A stretch of DNA of 64,000 nucleotides from an uncultured Methylomirabilota bacterium (GCA_963705305.1 OY970067.1:32001-96000), one strand, 5' to 3'; positions 1-10,444 are shown, numbered from the stretch's first letter. A program made the numbers and translations. The notes: generated by a model from the sequence alone, not told the origin.

Positions 1-2
1 TG

Positions 3-806
3 ACCGAGACGGCGGCCCTGGCCGACATCGTCCTGCCCGCCACGACCTTCCTCGAGCACGACGACGTGTACCAGGGCGGCGGCCATACCTTCGTGCAGCT
101 CGGCCGGAAAGCGATCGAGCCGTACGCGGAGTCGCGCGACAACCACTGGGTCCTCCAGCAGCTGGCCCGGCGGCTGGGGGCCGCGCATCCCGGCTTTGCC
201 CTGAGCGCCTGGGAGCTGATCGATTGGACACTGCGGGCCTCCGGCCTCCCCGACGCCGAGACGCTGGCCCGTCTGCGCTGGGTCGACTGCGCGCTGCCCT
301 TCGAGCGGGCCCATTTCCTGGACGGCTTCGGCACGGCCGACGGGAAGTTCCACTTCTGCCCCGACTGGTCCAGTTTGGGTCCGGCCGGCGCCGGGCTGCC
401 GCGCTTCCCGGACCACTGCGCGGTGATCGACGCGGCCGCGCCCGGGCGACCGTTCCGCCTGGTGACCGCTCCCGCCCGCCAGTTTCTCAACACCACGTTC
501 ACCGAGACGCCCGGCTCGCTGGCTCGCGAGGGCCGCCCGACGGCTCTCATCCATCCGACCGACTGCGCCGCGCTCGGACTGGGCGAGGGCTCGCTCGTGC
601 GCATCGGCAACGACCGGGCCAGCGTCCTGGTGCACGCCCGCCTCTTCGACGGGCTGCAGCCCGGCGTGGTGGTGGTGGAGGGCATCTGGCCCAACGGCGC
701 CTTTCGCGAGGGGCTGGGCATCAATGCCCTGGTGAGCGCCGAGCCGGGCCTGCCGGGCGGCGGCGCGGTCTTTCACGACACCGCCGTCTGGCTGCGGGCG
801 GAGTGA
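3..806 (+). CDS. Molybdopterin-dependent oxidoreductase, C-terminal part (5' truncated by window edge)
   Basis: Frame open from base 3 (TETAALADIVLPATTFLEHDD); C-terminal molybdopterin dinucleotide-binding domain (FRLVTAPARQFLNTTF, IHPTD, GINAL). Confidence 0.9.
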   Translation, partial: TETAALADIVLPATTFLEHDDVYQGGGHTFVQLGRKAIEPYAESRDNHWVLQQLARRLGAAHPGFALSAWELIDWTLRASGLPDAETLARLRWVDCALPFERAHFLDGFGTADGKFHFCPDWSSLGPAGAGLPRFPDHCAVIDAAAPGRPFRLVTAPARQFLNTTFTETPGSLAREGRPTALIHPTDCAALGLGEGSLVRIGNDRASVLVHARLFDGLQPGVVVVEGIWPNGAFREGLGINALVSAEPGLPGGGAVFHDTAVWLRAE

Positions 807-853
807 TCCTTTTTCCCCGCGCGGCGCGTCCCGCACGGAAGGAGGCAGCCCCC

Positions 854-1858
854 ATGGAATACCGATCGCTCGGACGGACCGGCGTGATGGTGTCCCCCCT
901 GTGCCTGGGGACGATGAACTTCGGCACACCCACCGGCAAAGAGGAATCCCTGGCGATCATCCGGCAGGCCCTGGAGGCGGGGATCAACGTCGTCGATACG
1001 GCCAATGTATACAATGCCGGCGAGAGCGAGCGCATCGTCGGCGAGGGACTCAAGGAGGGCGGACGCCGCCGCCAGGTGATCCTGGCGACCAAGGTCCACG
1101 GCAAGATGGGCGAGGGCCCCAACGACCGGGGGACCTCCCGCTACCACATCCTGCGGGCCTGCGAGGATTCCCTGCGCCGCCTTCAGACCGACTACATTGA
1201 CCTGTACCAGCTCCACCGGCCGCCACTCACCGTCCCGCAGGACGAGACCCTGCGCGCGTTCGACGATCTGGTCCGATCGGGGAAGGTGCTCTACATCGGC
1301 TGCACCACCCACCCCGCCTGGATGGTGATGGAGGCCTTGGCCACCAGCGAGCGGTACGGCCTGGCCCGCTACATCAGCGAGCAGCCCCCCTACAACCTCC
1401 TCGACCGCCGCGTCGAGAACGAGCTGGTTCCGCTGTGTCAGAAGCACGGCTTGGCGATCCTCCCCTGGTCGCCCCTGGGAGGCGGCATCCTGGCGGGCCG
1501 CTATCCGGGGGAAGGCGGGACCCCCGCGGATTCGCGGGCTGCCCGCTGGGGAGAGCGGTTTCAATTTCGCGTCAGCCGGAAGGCGCTCGACGTGGCCGCC
1601 AGGCTTGCAGCCATGGCGCGGGAGCGCGGGCTGACGGCGGCGCAGCTGGCCCTCCTCTGGGTCAAGGACCAGCCCGGCGTCACCTCGCCCATCCTCGGCC
1701 CCCGGACGCTCGCCCACCTAGAGGCCGGGCTGGCGGTGCTGGACCGGAAGCTGGACGAGGCCGACCGGCCGCTGCTCGATGCGCTGGTGCACCCCGGCAA
1801 CGCCGTCGCCGACTTCCACAACACCAACGAGTGGATGAAGGCGCGGATCGGGGACTAG
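854..1858 (+). CDS. Aldo/keto reductase
   Basis: MEYRSLGRTGVMVSPLCLGTMNFG, DTANVY, SLRRLQTDYIDLYQLH; AGGAGG RBS. Confidence 0.95.
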   Translation: MEYRSLGRTGVMVSPLCLGTMNFGTPTGKEESLAIIRQALEAGINVVDTANVYNAGESERIVGEGLKEGGRRRQVILATKVHGKMGEGPNDRGTSRYHILRACEDSLRRLQTDYIDLYQLHRPPLTVPQDETLRAFDDLVRSGKVLYIGCTTHPAWMVMEALATSERYGLARYISEQPPYNLLDRRVENELVPLCQKHGLAILPWSPLGGGILAGRYPGEGGTPADSRAARWGERFQFRVSRKALDVAARLAAMARERGLTAAQLALLWVKDQPGVTSPILGPRTLAHLEAGLAVLDRKLDEADRPLLDALVHPGNAVADFHNTNEWMKARIGD

Positions 1859-1902
1859 CCGGAGTCGCGAGAAGGGGAAGGATTGACGGACGGGAGACAG
1901 CC

Positions 1903-2979
1903 ATGAAGATCACATCGATTGAATGCCATCTGCTGCGCATTCCCACTCCGCGGCCGATCTCCCTGGAGTTTCCGGAGCACGCGCTGGTGACGGCCGCCAT
2001 CGCGACCGACGAAGGGGTGGGCGGCCTGGGTTATAGTCTCGTCTTCGGCGGAGGCGGGGCCGAGGCGGTCCGGGCCTACCTGGAGACCCGGCTCAAGCCG
2101 CTGCTCCTCGGCCAGGACCCGCTTTTCATCGAGCGACTGTGGGAGCGTATGTACCGGGCGGATCGCGGCATCCGGCGCCAGGGCATTGCGGGATACGCGG
2201 TGGCTGCCATCGACATCGGGCTCTGGGATCTGGTGGGAAAGGCGGCCGGCCTCCCGCTATACAAGCTCTGGGGCGCGGTGAAAGACCGCATCCCCGCCTA
2301 CGGGAGCGGCGGCTGGCCCAGCTACCCGGTCGAGGACGTGATCGGCGAGGCTGCGCGATACGCCGCGATGGGCTGCCGGTATTACAAGCTGAAGATTCAC
2401 GATCCCGATCCGCGGGTCAATCGCCAGCGGGTCGAGACGGTGTGGAAGGCGGTGGGGGGCGACATGCGACTGATGGTGGACGCCAACCAGAAGCTTGATG
2501 TTCAGGGGGCCATCCGCCAGGCGGCGATGCTGGAGGAGTTTGACCTGGTCTGGCTCGAAGAGCCGGTGCTGGCCGACGATATCGCCTCCTGCGCCGAGGT
2601 GGCCCGCTCCATCCGGATCCCGGTAGCGACCGGCGAGAACAACCAGACGCGCTTCGAGTTCCGCGAGCTGATCGAGCGGCAGGCGGCGCGCTACCTGATG
2701 CCGGACGTTTGCCGGGCCAACGGCTTCAGCGAGACCTTGCGCATCGGCCACCTGGCGGCGGCCCACCAGGTCGCCGTCACGCCCCACGTGGTTCACGAAC
2801 TCTCGATCCAGATCCTCGGCACGCTGGCCAACGGCTTCCTCGCTGAATTCATCGACTGGGCGCCCGGGGATCTGTTCGAGGAGATGCCGCGCTGCGAGGG
2901 CGGTCACTTCAGGCTGCCCGACCGGCCGGGGCACGGGATGGCCCTGGCGCCCGGCGCCGAGTGCAAGTACGGCGGCTAG
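1903..2979 (+). CDS. Mandelate racemase/muconate lactonizing enzyme family (enolase superfamily)
   Basis: DIGLWDLVGK, KLK, VDANQ, WLEEP, ATGEN, PHV motifs. Confidence 0.92.
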   Translation: MKITSIECHLLRIPTPRPISLEFPEHALVTAAIATDEGVGGLGYSLVFGGGGAEAVRAYLETRLKPLLLGQDPLFIERLWERMYRADRGIRRQGIAGYAVAAIDIGLWDLVGKAAGLPLYKLWGAVKDRIPAYGSGGWPSYPVEDVIGEAARYAAMGCRYYKLKIHDPDPRVNRQRVETVWKAVGGDMRLMVDANQKLDVQGAIRQAAMLEEFDLVWLEEPVLADDIASCAEVARSIRIPVATGENNQTRFEFRELIERQAARYLMPDVCRANGFSETLRIGHLAAAHQVAVTPHVVHELSIQILGTLANGFLAEFIDWAPGDLFEEMPRCEGGHFRLPDRPGHGMALAPGAECKYGG

Positions 2980-3003
2980 CGCCGAGACATCCAGCCGGCT
3001 CCC

Positions 3004-4053
3004 TCACCGGCGGAAGAAGTCGGCTGTCTTCCGCATGGCGTCGGCCGCCTCCTCCACGTCGGAGGCCGTGACGTGCCGGTGGGTCAGCCAGCGCAGCGTG
3101 TCCTTCTGCTGCGCCAGCACATACACGTTGTGGGCCGCCAGCTTCTCCGCCACCGCGGCCGCCGGCACGCTGAGGCCGGACACCTTCAACCGGACGATGT
3201 TCGTCTGGACCTTGGACACGTCCACAGCCACACCAGGAATCCTCGCCAGCTTCTCGGCCAGATCTCTGGCGTTGGCATGGTCCTCCGCCAGGCGATCGAC
3301 CATGGTTCGCAAGGCCACCAGGCCCGCCGCGGCAATGACCCCTCCCTGCCGCAGGGTGCCGCCGAGCATCTTCCGCTTTTTCCTGGCCGCCGCGATGAAA
3401 TCCCGGGCGCCCACGATGACCGCCCCCACCGGGCAGCTCAGCCCCTTGGAGAGGCAGAAGGTGGTCGAGTCGGTCTGGGCCGCGAGCTCCCTGGCAGGCA
3501 CGCCCAGGGCCACTGCCGCGTTGAAGATGCGAGCTCCGTCCAGGTGGACCGGGATGCCGCGCCGCGCCGCCACCGCCTTGACGGCCGCCATTTGCGCCAC
3601 GCTCCAGCAGGTTCCGCCGGCGACGTTGTGGGTGTTCTCGAGGCAGATGAGTCCGGTCTGGGGAAAATGGACGTTGTCGCCGCGGATGGCGTCCTCCACG
3701 TCCACGGGCGCCATCACGCCGTCCGTTCCGGGAACCCTGTTGACGACCAGCCCCCCCACCGCCGCCATCCCGCCGACCTCGTACCAGTAGATGTGGGCGT
3801 CCTTCTCCATGATGATCTCCTGGCCGGGAGTCGTGTGGGCCAGAAGCGAGACCAGATTCCCCGCGGTGCCGCTCACCACGAACAGACCGGCCTCCTTGCC
3901 GAGAAGCTGCGCCGAGTACTCCTCCAACTCACGGACGGTCGGATCGCCCTCGCGGCCATCATCCCCCAGCCTGGCACGCCGCATCGCCTCCAGCATCTCC
4001 TCGGTCGGCTCGGTCACAGTGTCGCTGCGAAAATCCAGCTTCGCATTCAGCAT
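3004..4053 (-). CDS. ltaE: Low-specificity L-threonine aldolase
   Basis: DFRSDTVT, ENTHN, HLDGARIFNA, FCLSKGL (PLP lysine). Confidence 0.93.
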   Translation of the reverse strand: MLNAKLDFRSDTVTEPTEEMLEAMRRARLGDDGREGDPTVRELEEYSAQLLGKEAGLFVVSGTAGNLVSLLAHTTPGQEIIMEKDAHIYWYEVGGMAAVGGLVVNRVPGTDGVMAPVDVEDAIRGDNVHFPQTGLICLENTHNVAGGTCWSVAQMAAVKAVAARRGIPVHLDGARIFNAAVALGVPARELAAQTDSTTFCLSKGLSCPVGAVIVGARDFIAAARKKRKMLGGTLRQGGVIAAAGLVALRTMVDRLAEDHANARDLAEKLARIPGVAVDVSKVQTNIVRLKVSGLSVPAAAVAEKLAAHNVYVLAQQKDTLRWLTHRHVTASDVEEAADAMRKTADFFRR

Positions 4054-4145
4054 TCATTTCTCCTCGGCGCGCTGTCGCACCTAGTCGCTCTCTCCTCGGT
4101 GCCCTGCGCGCGTCGACCCGCGCGGGGGAGAGCTGTGCCGCCGGC

Positions 4146-4400
4146 TCACATCCGCGTGCATACGTAGGTGGCCTGAAAGCCCGCGTCAGTCAGTTTTTGC
4201 AAGACCCGAAAGCCCGCCTGCCACAGAAGCCCTTCCATCACCCAATCGTAGGTGCTGTGCTCCTTGCGGACATACAGCTCGGCCTCCTTGGCCAGCCGCG
4301 GCCACGCCTTCTTCCGGATGGATTGGACCCAAGCGCGGAGGCGCCGATCCAGGTCCGGCGTCGCGGAGGGGAAGACGATGTCGAAAAGGACAGCGCCGGA
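4146..4400 (-). pseudogene. C-terminal remnant of a class I SAM-dependent methyltransferase
   Basis: LFDIVF...EHSTYDWVMEGLLWQAGF...YVCTR resembles methyltransferase C-termini; no SAM-binding N-terminal half (upstream space is occupied by the murU 3' end). Confidence 0.5.
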
Positions 4401-4410
4401 GGTTTCCGCC

Positions 4411-5157
4411 TCATGGTATCTCCACCCCCGCCCGGGGGGCTCCACCCCCCGCATGCCTGCGCGCCTCTTCGAGCGCCTCCGGCGAGCCGATGTCCTGCCA
4501 GTAGGCCCCATCTACCCGGTGGGCGATGATCCGCTCCCCTTCCCCGGCCAGCCGCAGGTAGGTCCGGATGATCGAGAAGGTGCCTGTCTCGGTCATCCTG
4601 GGGAAGATCGCCGGGTCTACCGCGTGGATGCCGGTGAAGGCCACCCGCTCGGCGTCATTGACCGGGTCCATCGCCCAGCCCACACCCTTCGGCGACTCCC
4701 AGCCGCACAGCCGGCCGTCCCGGTCAAACAAGAGCTGGCGCGAGCTGGGCCGGCTCTGCACCGCCAGCGTTGCCAGCGCCCCCGCCTGCCGATGGAAGCG
4801 GAGCAGCCCCGACAGGTCGATATCGCTCAGGACGTCCACGTTATGGAGGAGGAACGGCCGCCCGTCGTCGAAGAACCACGCCACGTTCTTCAGCCCGCCT
4901 CCGGTGTCGAGCAGCTCCGCCTCGCGCGTGCATTCGATGCGGAGGCCGAAATTGCCCTTCGAGGCCAGGAACCGCGCGATGCGCTCGCCCATGTGATGGA
5001 GGTTGACGACCAGCTCGGTCACGCCGGCGGCCCGGAGCCTGCCGATCACCCGCTCGATCATCGGGGCCCCGCCGACATCCACCAGGGCCTTGGGGGTCTT
5101 GTCGGTCATCGGCCGGAGGCGGCTCCCGACCCCGGCAGCCAGGATCATCGCCTTCAT
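4411..5157 (-). CDS. murU: Nucleotidyltransferase, MurU-like (MurNAc-1-P uridylyltransferase)
   Basis: MKAMILAAGVGSRLRPMTDKTPKAL, LLDTGGGL, WQDIGS; start overlaps the stop of an amgK-like gene. Confidence 0.8.
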   Translation of the reverse strand: MKAMILAAGVGSRLRPMTDKTPKALVDVGGAPMIERVIGRLRAAGVTELVVNLHHMGERIARFLASKGNFGLRIECTREAELLDTGGGLKNVAWFFDDGRPFLLHNVDVLSDIDLSGLLRFHRQAGALATLAVQSRPSSRQLLFDRDGRLCGWESPKGVGWAMDPVNDAERVAFTGIHAVDPAIFPRMTETGTFSIIRTYLRLAGEGERIIAHRVDGAYWQDIGSPEALEEARRHAGGGAPRAGVEIP

Positions 5158-6593
5158 CTCGCGCTGGTCTCCTGGGCCAGGTGGCGCACCTCTACGCTCA
5201 CCCGGAGCTTCTCGCGCAGATGGGCGGCCAGCCGCTCGGCGCAATACACGGAGCGGTGCTGGCCGCCCGTGCAGCCGAACGCGACGAGGAGGTCGGTGAA
5301 GTTGCGCTGCTGGTAATTCTCGACGGTCCGATCGATCAGCGCGAACACGTGCACGAGAAACTCGCCCACGGCGGCTTCGCCATCGAGGAAGGCGATGACG
5401 GGATCGTCGCGACCCGTCAGGGCCGCGTACTGTTCGTACCGGCCGGGGTTGGGCAGAGCCCGGCAGTCGAACACGTAGCCGCCCCCATGCCCTTTCTCAT
5501 CGGTCGGCACGCCATCCCCGTACGAGAAGCTCTGGATCCTGACCGTGAGCCCGAGCGAGGCCGCCCCGAACTGCCGGAGGGACGAGGAGGCCACGAGGCG
5601 ATGCCACACCCCCGTCAGCTCGGGCAGCTCGATGGGCAGGTCGCACTTCCGCAGCAGGTACTCGAGATTCCGGACGGCGTAGGGAATGCTGGCCAGGAAG
5701 TGCTGCTTTCGCTCGTAGAACCCGCGCAGGCCATAGGCCCCCATCGCCTGCATGATCCGGATGTAGACAAAGCCGGGGTAGTGGGCCAGGAAGGCCGCCC
5801 GATCGACCGGTTCGTGCCGCGAGGCGGCCTCAAGGTACCGCTCGACCAGCTCGTCCCGGACCTCGACCGGAAGGTCGGCCTTGGCGTCGAACAGGAGCGA
5901 CGCCACGTCGTACTGGAGGGCGCCCCGGCGGCCGCCCTGATAATCGATGAAGTACGGCCCCTCGCTCCTGACCATGATGTTGCGGGACTGGAAGTCCCGG
6001 TAGAGGAAGAAGCGCCGATCGGCCCGCAGCAGGAAGTCGGCAAACCGCTCGAAGTCGTCCTCCAACGCCTGCTCGTTAAACGGGATCTTCGCCAGCCGCA
6101 GGAAGTAGTACTTGAAGTAGTTGAGGTCCCACAGCATGGACTGCTTGTCGAAGCTTGATCGGGGGTAGCAGACGCCGTAGTCCAGGGTCCGGCCGGCCTC
6201 GATCTGGAAGCGCGGCAGGGTCTCGATCGCCCTCTGGTACAGCTCGAGCGTCTTGTCCGAGAGCTTGTCCCCGACCCGATTCGCCTCCAGAAACTCGAAC
6301 AGCGTCGTGTCGCCGAGGTCCTCCTCCAGGTAGATTCCCTGATCGAGATCCTCCGCGTAGATCTCGGGAACCGGCAAACGGCACCGGCGGAAATGGCGCG
6401 AGAACCCCAGGAACGCCCGGTTCTCCTGGAAATCCTGGCTGATCGCACCGATCGCCGTCCGCGTGGCCGAAGACAGGCGGAAGAGCGTGCGGGCCGACGC
6501 ATCGCCCCGGAGCGGCACAGCCGCCTCGACCGGCTCGCGGAAGTGGGCTTCGAACAGCGCCCTGAGAGGCTGATCGACCGGCGGCGGATTCAC
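5154..6593 (-). CDS. amgK: AmgK-like anomeric sugar kinase (APH fold) fused to a RapZ C-terminal domain
   Basis: GDASAR, EDLGD, RDFQSRNIM, IDYQ, YDVASLL; C-terminal SFSY...VFDCRALPNP...LTGRD...FGCTGGQHRSV (RapZ-C). Confidence 0.8.
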   Translation of the reverse strand: MNPPPVDQPLRALFEAHFREPVEAAVPLRGDASARTLFRLSSATRTAIGAISQDFQENRAFLGFSRHFRRCRLPVPEIYAEDLDQGIYLEEDLGDTTLFEFLEANRVGDKLSDKTLELYQRAIETLPRFQIEAGRTLDYGVCYPRSSFDKQSMLWDLNYFKYYFLRLAKIPFNEQALEDDFERFADFLLRADRRFFLYRDFQSRNIMVRSEGPYFIDYQGGRRGALQYDVASLLFDAKADLPVEVRDELVERYLEAASRHEPVDRAAFLAHYPGFVYIRIMQAMGAYGLRGFYERKQHFLASIPYAVRNLEYLLRKCDLPIELPELTGVWHRLVASSSLRQFGAASLGLTVRIQSFSYGDGVPTDEKGHGGGYVFDCRALPNPGRYEQYAALTGRDDPVIAFLDGEAAVGEFLVHVFALIDRTVENYQQRNFTDLLVAFGCTGGQHRSVYCAERLAAHLREKLRVSVEVRHLAQETSAR

Positions 6594-6609
6594 GGCCTCT
6601 CCACTGAGG

Positions 6610-7554
6610 TCATGCGGTTTCCTCCAGGAGCTTCACGAGCGCATGGAGTGTTTGATTGACCGGCGTGGCGATCCCGAGCTCGGCGCCACGGCGGGCGACG
6701 TATCCGTTCAGCGAATCGATCTCGGTGCGCCTGCCCTGGGCGATGTCCTGGGCGGTCGAGGAGATGGCGCCCGGCATCCCCTTCGCCAGCTTCCATGTCG
6801 CCTCGGCAATCTCGCGGCTCTCCAGGCGGATTCCGGCCGCCTGCGCCACGGCGAACACTTCGTCCATGATCCGCTGCATCACCTCGCGCGCCCACGGACT
6901 CTCCGCCATGCGGCCGTACCGTGTACGGCTCAGTGCCGATATCGCATTATAGGCACAGTTCATGACCAGCTTCGTCCACAAATCGCTCTCGATGGTCTCC
7001 GAGACGCGACACGGAACCCCCGCGCGGGCGAAGAGCGCGGCCAGGCTCTCGAGCTGGCGGCGACGCGCGGCGTCCATCGGGCCGCGCCCCGACAGATCGC
7101 CGATGACGAGGTCGCCGCGACCGCTGTGCTTGATGTGCCCCGGGCCCGCCATCTCCGCAGCCACGTAGACCACCGCCGGCACCGCCGCGATGCCCGTGGC
7201 GGCGTGGATCCGCTCTGCGTTGTCCACGCCGTTCTGAAGGCTGACAACGACGGCATTACCCGCCAGATGGGGGGCCAGGGCCCGTGCCGCCTCCTTCGTA
7301 TCGGTGGTCTTCACGCACAGCAGGATGATTCGCGCTGCTCGGGCGGCGCCGGTATCGGTGGAGGCCGAGACCGGGATGTGCTCCCGGACTTGAATGCCCT
7401 CCAGGAACAGGCCGTCTCGGACGACGGCATCCACGTGCCGTTGGCGTCCGATCAGCATGACAGGGGCGCCGGCACGCGCGAGCATACCGCCGAAGTAGCA
7501 CCCGACGGCGCCTGCGCCCATCACGGCGATGCTTGGCCAGCTCTCATCTTCCAT
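6610..7554 (-). CDS. panE: 2-dehydropantoate 2-reductase (ketopantoate reductase family)
   Basis: GAGAVG, LCVK, LQNGV, WTKLVMN, SSTAQD, TEIDSLNG. Confidence 0.9.
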   Translation of the reverse strand: MEDESWPSIAVMGAGAVGCYFGGMLARAGAPVMLIGRQRHVDAVVRDGLFLEGIQVREHIPVSASTDTGAARAARIILLCVKTTDTKEAARALAPHLAGNAVVVSLQNGVDNAERIHAATGIAAVPAVVYVAAEMAGPGHIKHSGRGDLVIGDLSGRGPMDAARRRQLESLAALFARAGVPCRVSETIESDLWTKLVMNCAYNAISALSRTRYGRMAESPWAREVMQRIMDEVFAVAQAAGIRLESREIAEATWKLAKGMPGAISSTAQDIAQGRRTEIDSLNGYVARRGAELGIATPVNQTLHALVKLLEETA

Positions 7555-8447
7555 GGCACCTCTCTCTCGTCGCACGCAGCCCGGCGGTCGCGGCTCCCGC
7601 GCCGCCGTCCCAATTCATGAACACGAAGGCCCTTTGGGTGGGCACACCCCAAAGGGCCGGCGGAGGACGTGGCGCGCGAGAGGCTCGTTGGCGTGCACCG
7701 TATATCCTCCGTCACCGGGTGAACCCGGAGCCAGGCACATTCCGGGGGCATGCTAGCGCCGGGCCCGATCGGCTGTCAAGGACAGCCGACCGTTCCTCCG
7801 CCCGGCTCCACGCGGTGGCCGCCGCGAGGCAACGCTGAGTTGGGCCGCAGGCGAGCGATTCTTCAGGGGTACTGTGTCACTCCCAGCAAGGGTCCGCATC
7901 CGCGGGAGATGTTGACGAAATTGGCAACGTCCCGGATTCACAGAGGGCCGCGAGTGGATGCCCTTGACAGGGCAGAGAGACCGGAGGTACCCTTCGAGCC
8001 GTTTCCCCTCCCCGTGAGGATCGACGGAGGAGGCCCCTATGGGGTCGGCCAGGGAGCGCGCTCTTGAGGCGGGTCAGACCCGCAGGTCGACTCGCCTATC
8101 CATGCGCCCCCGTCGGCATCTTCATTTGGTCACCGGCAAGGAGTCCAGGTTCGCCACCGGATTCATCCGCGATCTGCGGGATCCCGTAACGCATCCTCAG
8201 CCTCAACTTCCCCGGCCGAGGAGCTCTCCTGTCGGCTATCCCGGAAACAGGCCAACACCCCCGGGAACAAGGCCGGAAGTCTCCCTCCCCCAAGAGTTTA
8301 GGTTGGGCGGTGCCTGGAGGGATGAGCACGGCTGCCATCGCACCGGCTGGCGGCGACCGGCGTCCCACCGCCCCGGGAGCGATGGGGGGCGTGAGTCCGG
8401 ATTTCCCGGATGCGGCAAGGGGACAACTCTGGAAGAAGGAGGCAACC

Positions 8448-9584
8448 ATGAGGAGTCGGAAAGGCGTGGTCTCGGTGGCTCTGGCATGCGTGATGGTCGC
8501 GACGGCCGGGCTGGCAACGGCCGCGGAGAACATCCGGATCGGCTTTACGCCCCCCGTCACCGGCGCCTCCGCATCGGAGGGCGCTTTTCAGCTCAAAGCG
8601 ATCAAGCTGGCGCTGAAAGAGATCAATGCCGCCGGAGGGGTAAACGGCCGGAAGGTTGACCTCCGGATTGTGGACAACCAGTCCACGAACCCGGGGGCCT
8701 TGGCGGCCCTCCAGAGGGCGGTGGAGCAGGAGCAGGTGCTGGCCCTGATCGGCTCCGTCAAGAGCACGCAGATCCTGGCCACCTCGGACGCAATCAAAGG
8801 GTATGGCATCCCCACCTTCATCGGCGGGACCAACGCCACCCTGACCCGGCAGGGGAACCCGTGGCTGTTCCGGGTCCGACCCGATGACTCGATTACGGCG
8901 CTGGCCATGATCAAGTACATCAAGGAAGACCTTCAGCTGAGCAAGATCGCCGTCCTGAACGACAGCGATGCCTTCGGCACGGGCGGAGGAGACTTGGTCG
9001 AGACCTACGCTAAGCAGTACGGGCTCACCATCGTCCGGCGCGACAGGTACACGACCAAGGACAAGGACTACACCGCCCAGCTGCTCTCGGCGAAGAACGC
9101 GGGGGCGGAGATCCTGATCGCCTACTCGACCAACCCCGAGGACGGGGCGGTGATTCAGCGCCAGTACCGCCAACTGGGCTCCCCCTTCAAGTTCCTCGGT
9201 TCCCCCGCCCACCAGCAGAAGGACGCGATCAACCTCGCCGGAGGCGCGGCCGAGGGCCTCTTGGCCATCGCCGACTTCGTGCCGGGGCAGACCGCGGCGA
9301 ACCGGGCCTACGCGGACGCCTACCGGAAGGAATACGGCGAGGAGTATGACGGCCTCTCGGCCTGGACCTACGACGGGCTGAACATCCTGGTCAACGCCAT
9401 CAAGAAGGCCGGGCAGGATCGCGCCAAAATCCGGGAGGCCATCCTGGCCACGCAGGGGTACCAGGGTGTCCTGGGCACCTTCTCCTTCACCCCCAACGGG
9501 GACGGGCTGCATGAGGTCAGCGTGGTCCAGATCGAGAAGGGCCAGCCGAAGCTCCTGAAGATCGTCAATGTCGGGTCGAAGTGA
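8448..9584 (+). CDS. Branched-chain amino acid (LivJ-type) ABC substrate-binding protein, orphan
   Basis: Signal peptide, IRIG, EINAAGGVNGRK, FRVRPDD, YDG; AGGAGG RBS. Confidence 0.9.
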   Translation: MRSRKGVVSVALACVMVATAGLATAAENIRIGFTPPVTGASASEGAFQLKAIKLALKEINAAGGVNGRKVDLRIVDNQSTNPGALAALQRAVEQEQVLALIGSVKSTQILATSDAIKGYGIPTFIGGTNATLTRQGNPWLFRVRPDDSITALAMIKYIKEDLQLSKIAVLNDSDAFGTGGGDLVETYAKQYGLTIVRRDRYTTKDKDYTAQLLSAKNAGAEILIAYSTNPEDGAVIQRQYRQLGSPFKFLGSPAHQQKDAINLAGGAAEGLLAIADFVPGQTAANRAYADAYRKEYGEEYDGLSAWTYDGLNILVNAIKKAGQDRAKIREAILATQGYQGVLGTFSFTPNGDGLHEVSVVQIEKGQPKLLKIVNVGSK

Positions 9585-9618
9585 TCGTCTCCCCCCTTCC
9601 GCGAACGCGACCGATTCG

Positions 9619-9651
9619 GGCCTCGGCAGGTGGCCGCCACCTGCCGAGGCC
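9619..9651. terminator. Perfect GC-rich inverted repeat between convergent genes
   Basis: GGCCTCGGCAGGTGGC-C-GCCACCTGCCGAGGCC, 35 bp after the SBP stop; no U tract. Confidence 0.5.
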
Positions 9652-9958
9652 GCTTGCCAGCCCGACGCTGGAAAGAGCCCGCACCGCACAGTCCGTGGGT
9701 CCAAGAAACGAGGCGCTGATCTCGGCTGACAGCGGGTGTGATTTGCGCCTTGACCGCCTGGTGCGCGCCACGACCTTCCCGACGGTATAGCTGGAACGAC
9801 ATTGCCGCATCCGGCATGCGCCATCGCGCAGGTGCTGCCACTCGCCGGCGTCGAGGCCCTGACAGACGTTTCGTGGCCAGCCGGGTATCCAGGTCGGCTC
9901 GGCCGGAGCCGTCGTGGAGGCGAGGAATGCGTTCGAGCCCCACACCACTGTGCCAAGA

Positions 9959-10444
9959 TCACCGGCTGTCCTTTGCGCCTTCGCGCGGCGGCCAGAGTGC
10001 GGTGACGGCAAGGGCCACCGCGATCCCCAGCGCTACCGCCCCGAAGCGGTACAGGCCGATGCGCCAGGGCGGCTCCCCGCGTGTCACGAGCAGGACAATC
10101 GCCAGCGTAACGCCCGCGAATCGATAGGCCGGTTGGTCGAGGCGCAGCAGGGCGCACACGACCCCCAGTCCAAAGATCGCCGCCCCGAACGTGAACGTAT
10201 GCGGCCGGAAATAGCTTGCCAGCACCCCTCCGGCGGCCGCCCCCAGCCCTGTGCCGATCAGGCGGCGCTTCGAAACAGCCCAGGCGGCCCCCAGCGTGGA
10301 CTGCATCACAATGATCGCGGAGATGGGCGCCCAGTATCCTTCCGGCAGCTTGAACAGCCGCGCGACCGCCAACGCATCCGTGGCCGCAATCGCCGTGCGG
10401 GCCGAATGCGGAAGCCAGGCATCCCTTCCTAACCGGCGGCTCAT
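9959..10444 (-). CDS. FUSC/aromatic acid exporter family membrane protein
   Basis: RTAIAA...YWAPISAIIVMQSTLGA...RRLIGTGLGA; start overlaps the copD stop. Confidence 0.8.
   Translation of the reverse strand: MSRRLGRDAWLPHSARTAIAATDALAVARLFKLPEGYWAPISAIIVMQSTLGAAWAVSKRRLIGTGLGAAAGGVLASYFRPHTFTFGAAIFGLGVVCALLRLDQPAYRFAGVTLAIVLLVTRGEPPWRIGLYRFGAVALGIAVALAVTALWPPREGAKDSR

Noticed and set aside
8039..8659. ORF with a strong GGAGGAGG RBS
   Set aside because: No recognisable domain, low-complexity sequence, and it overlaps the SBP gene out of frame; may be a decayed gene
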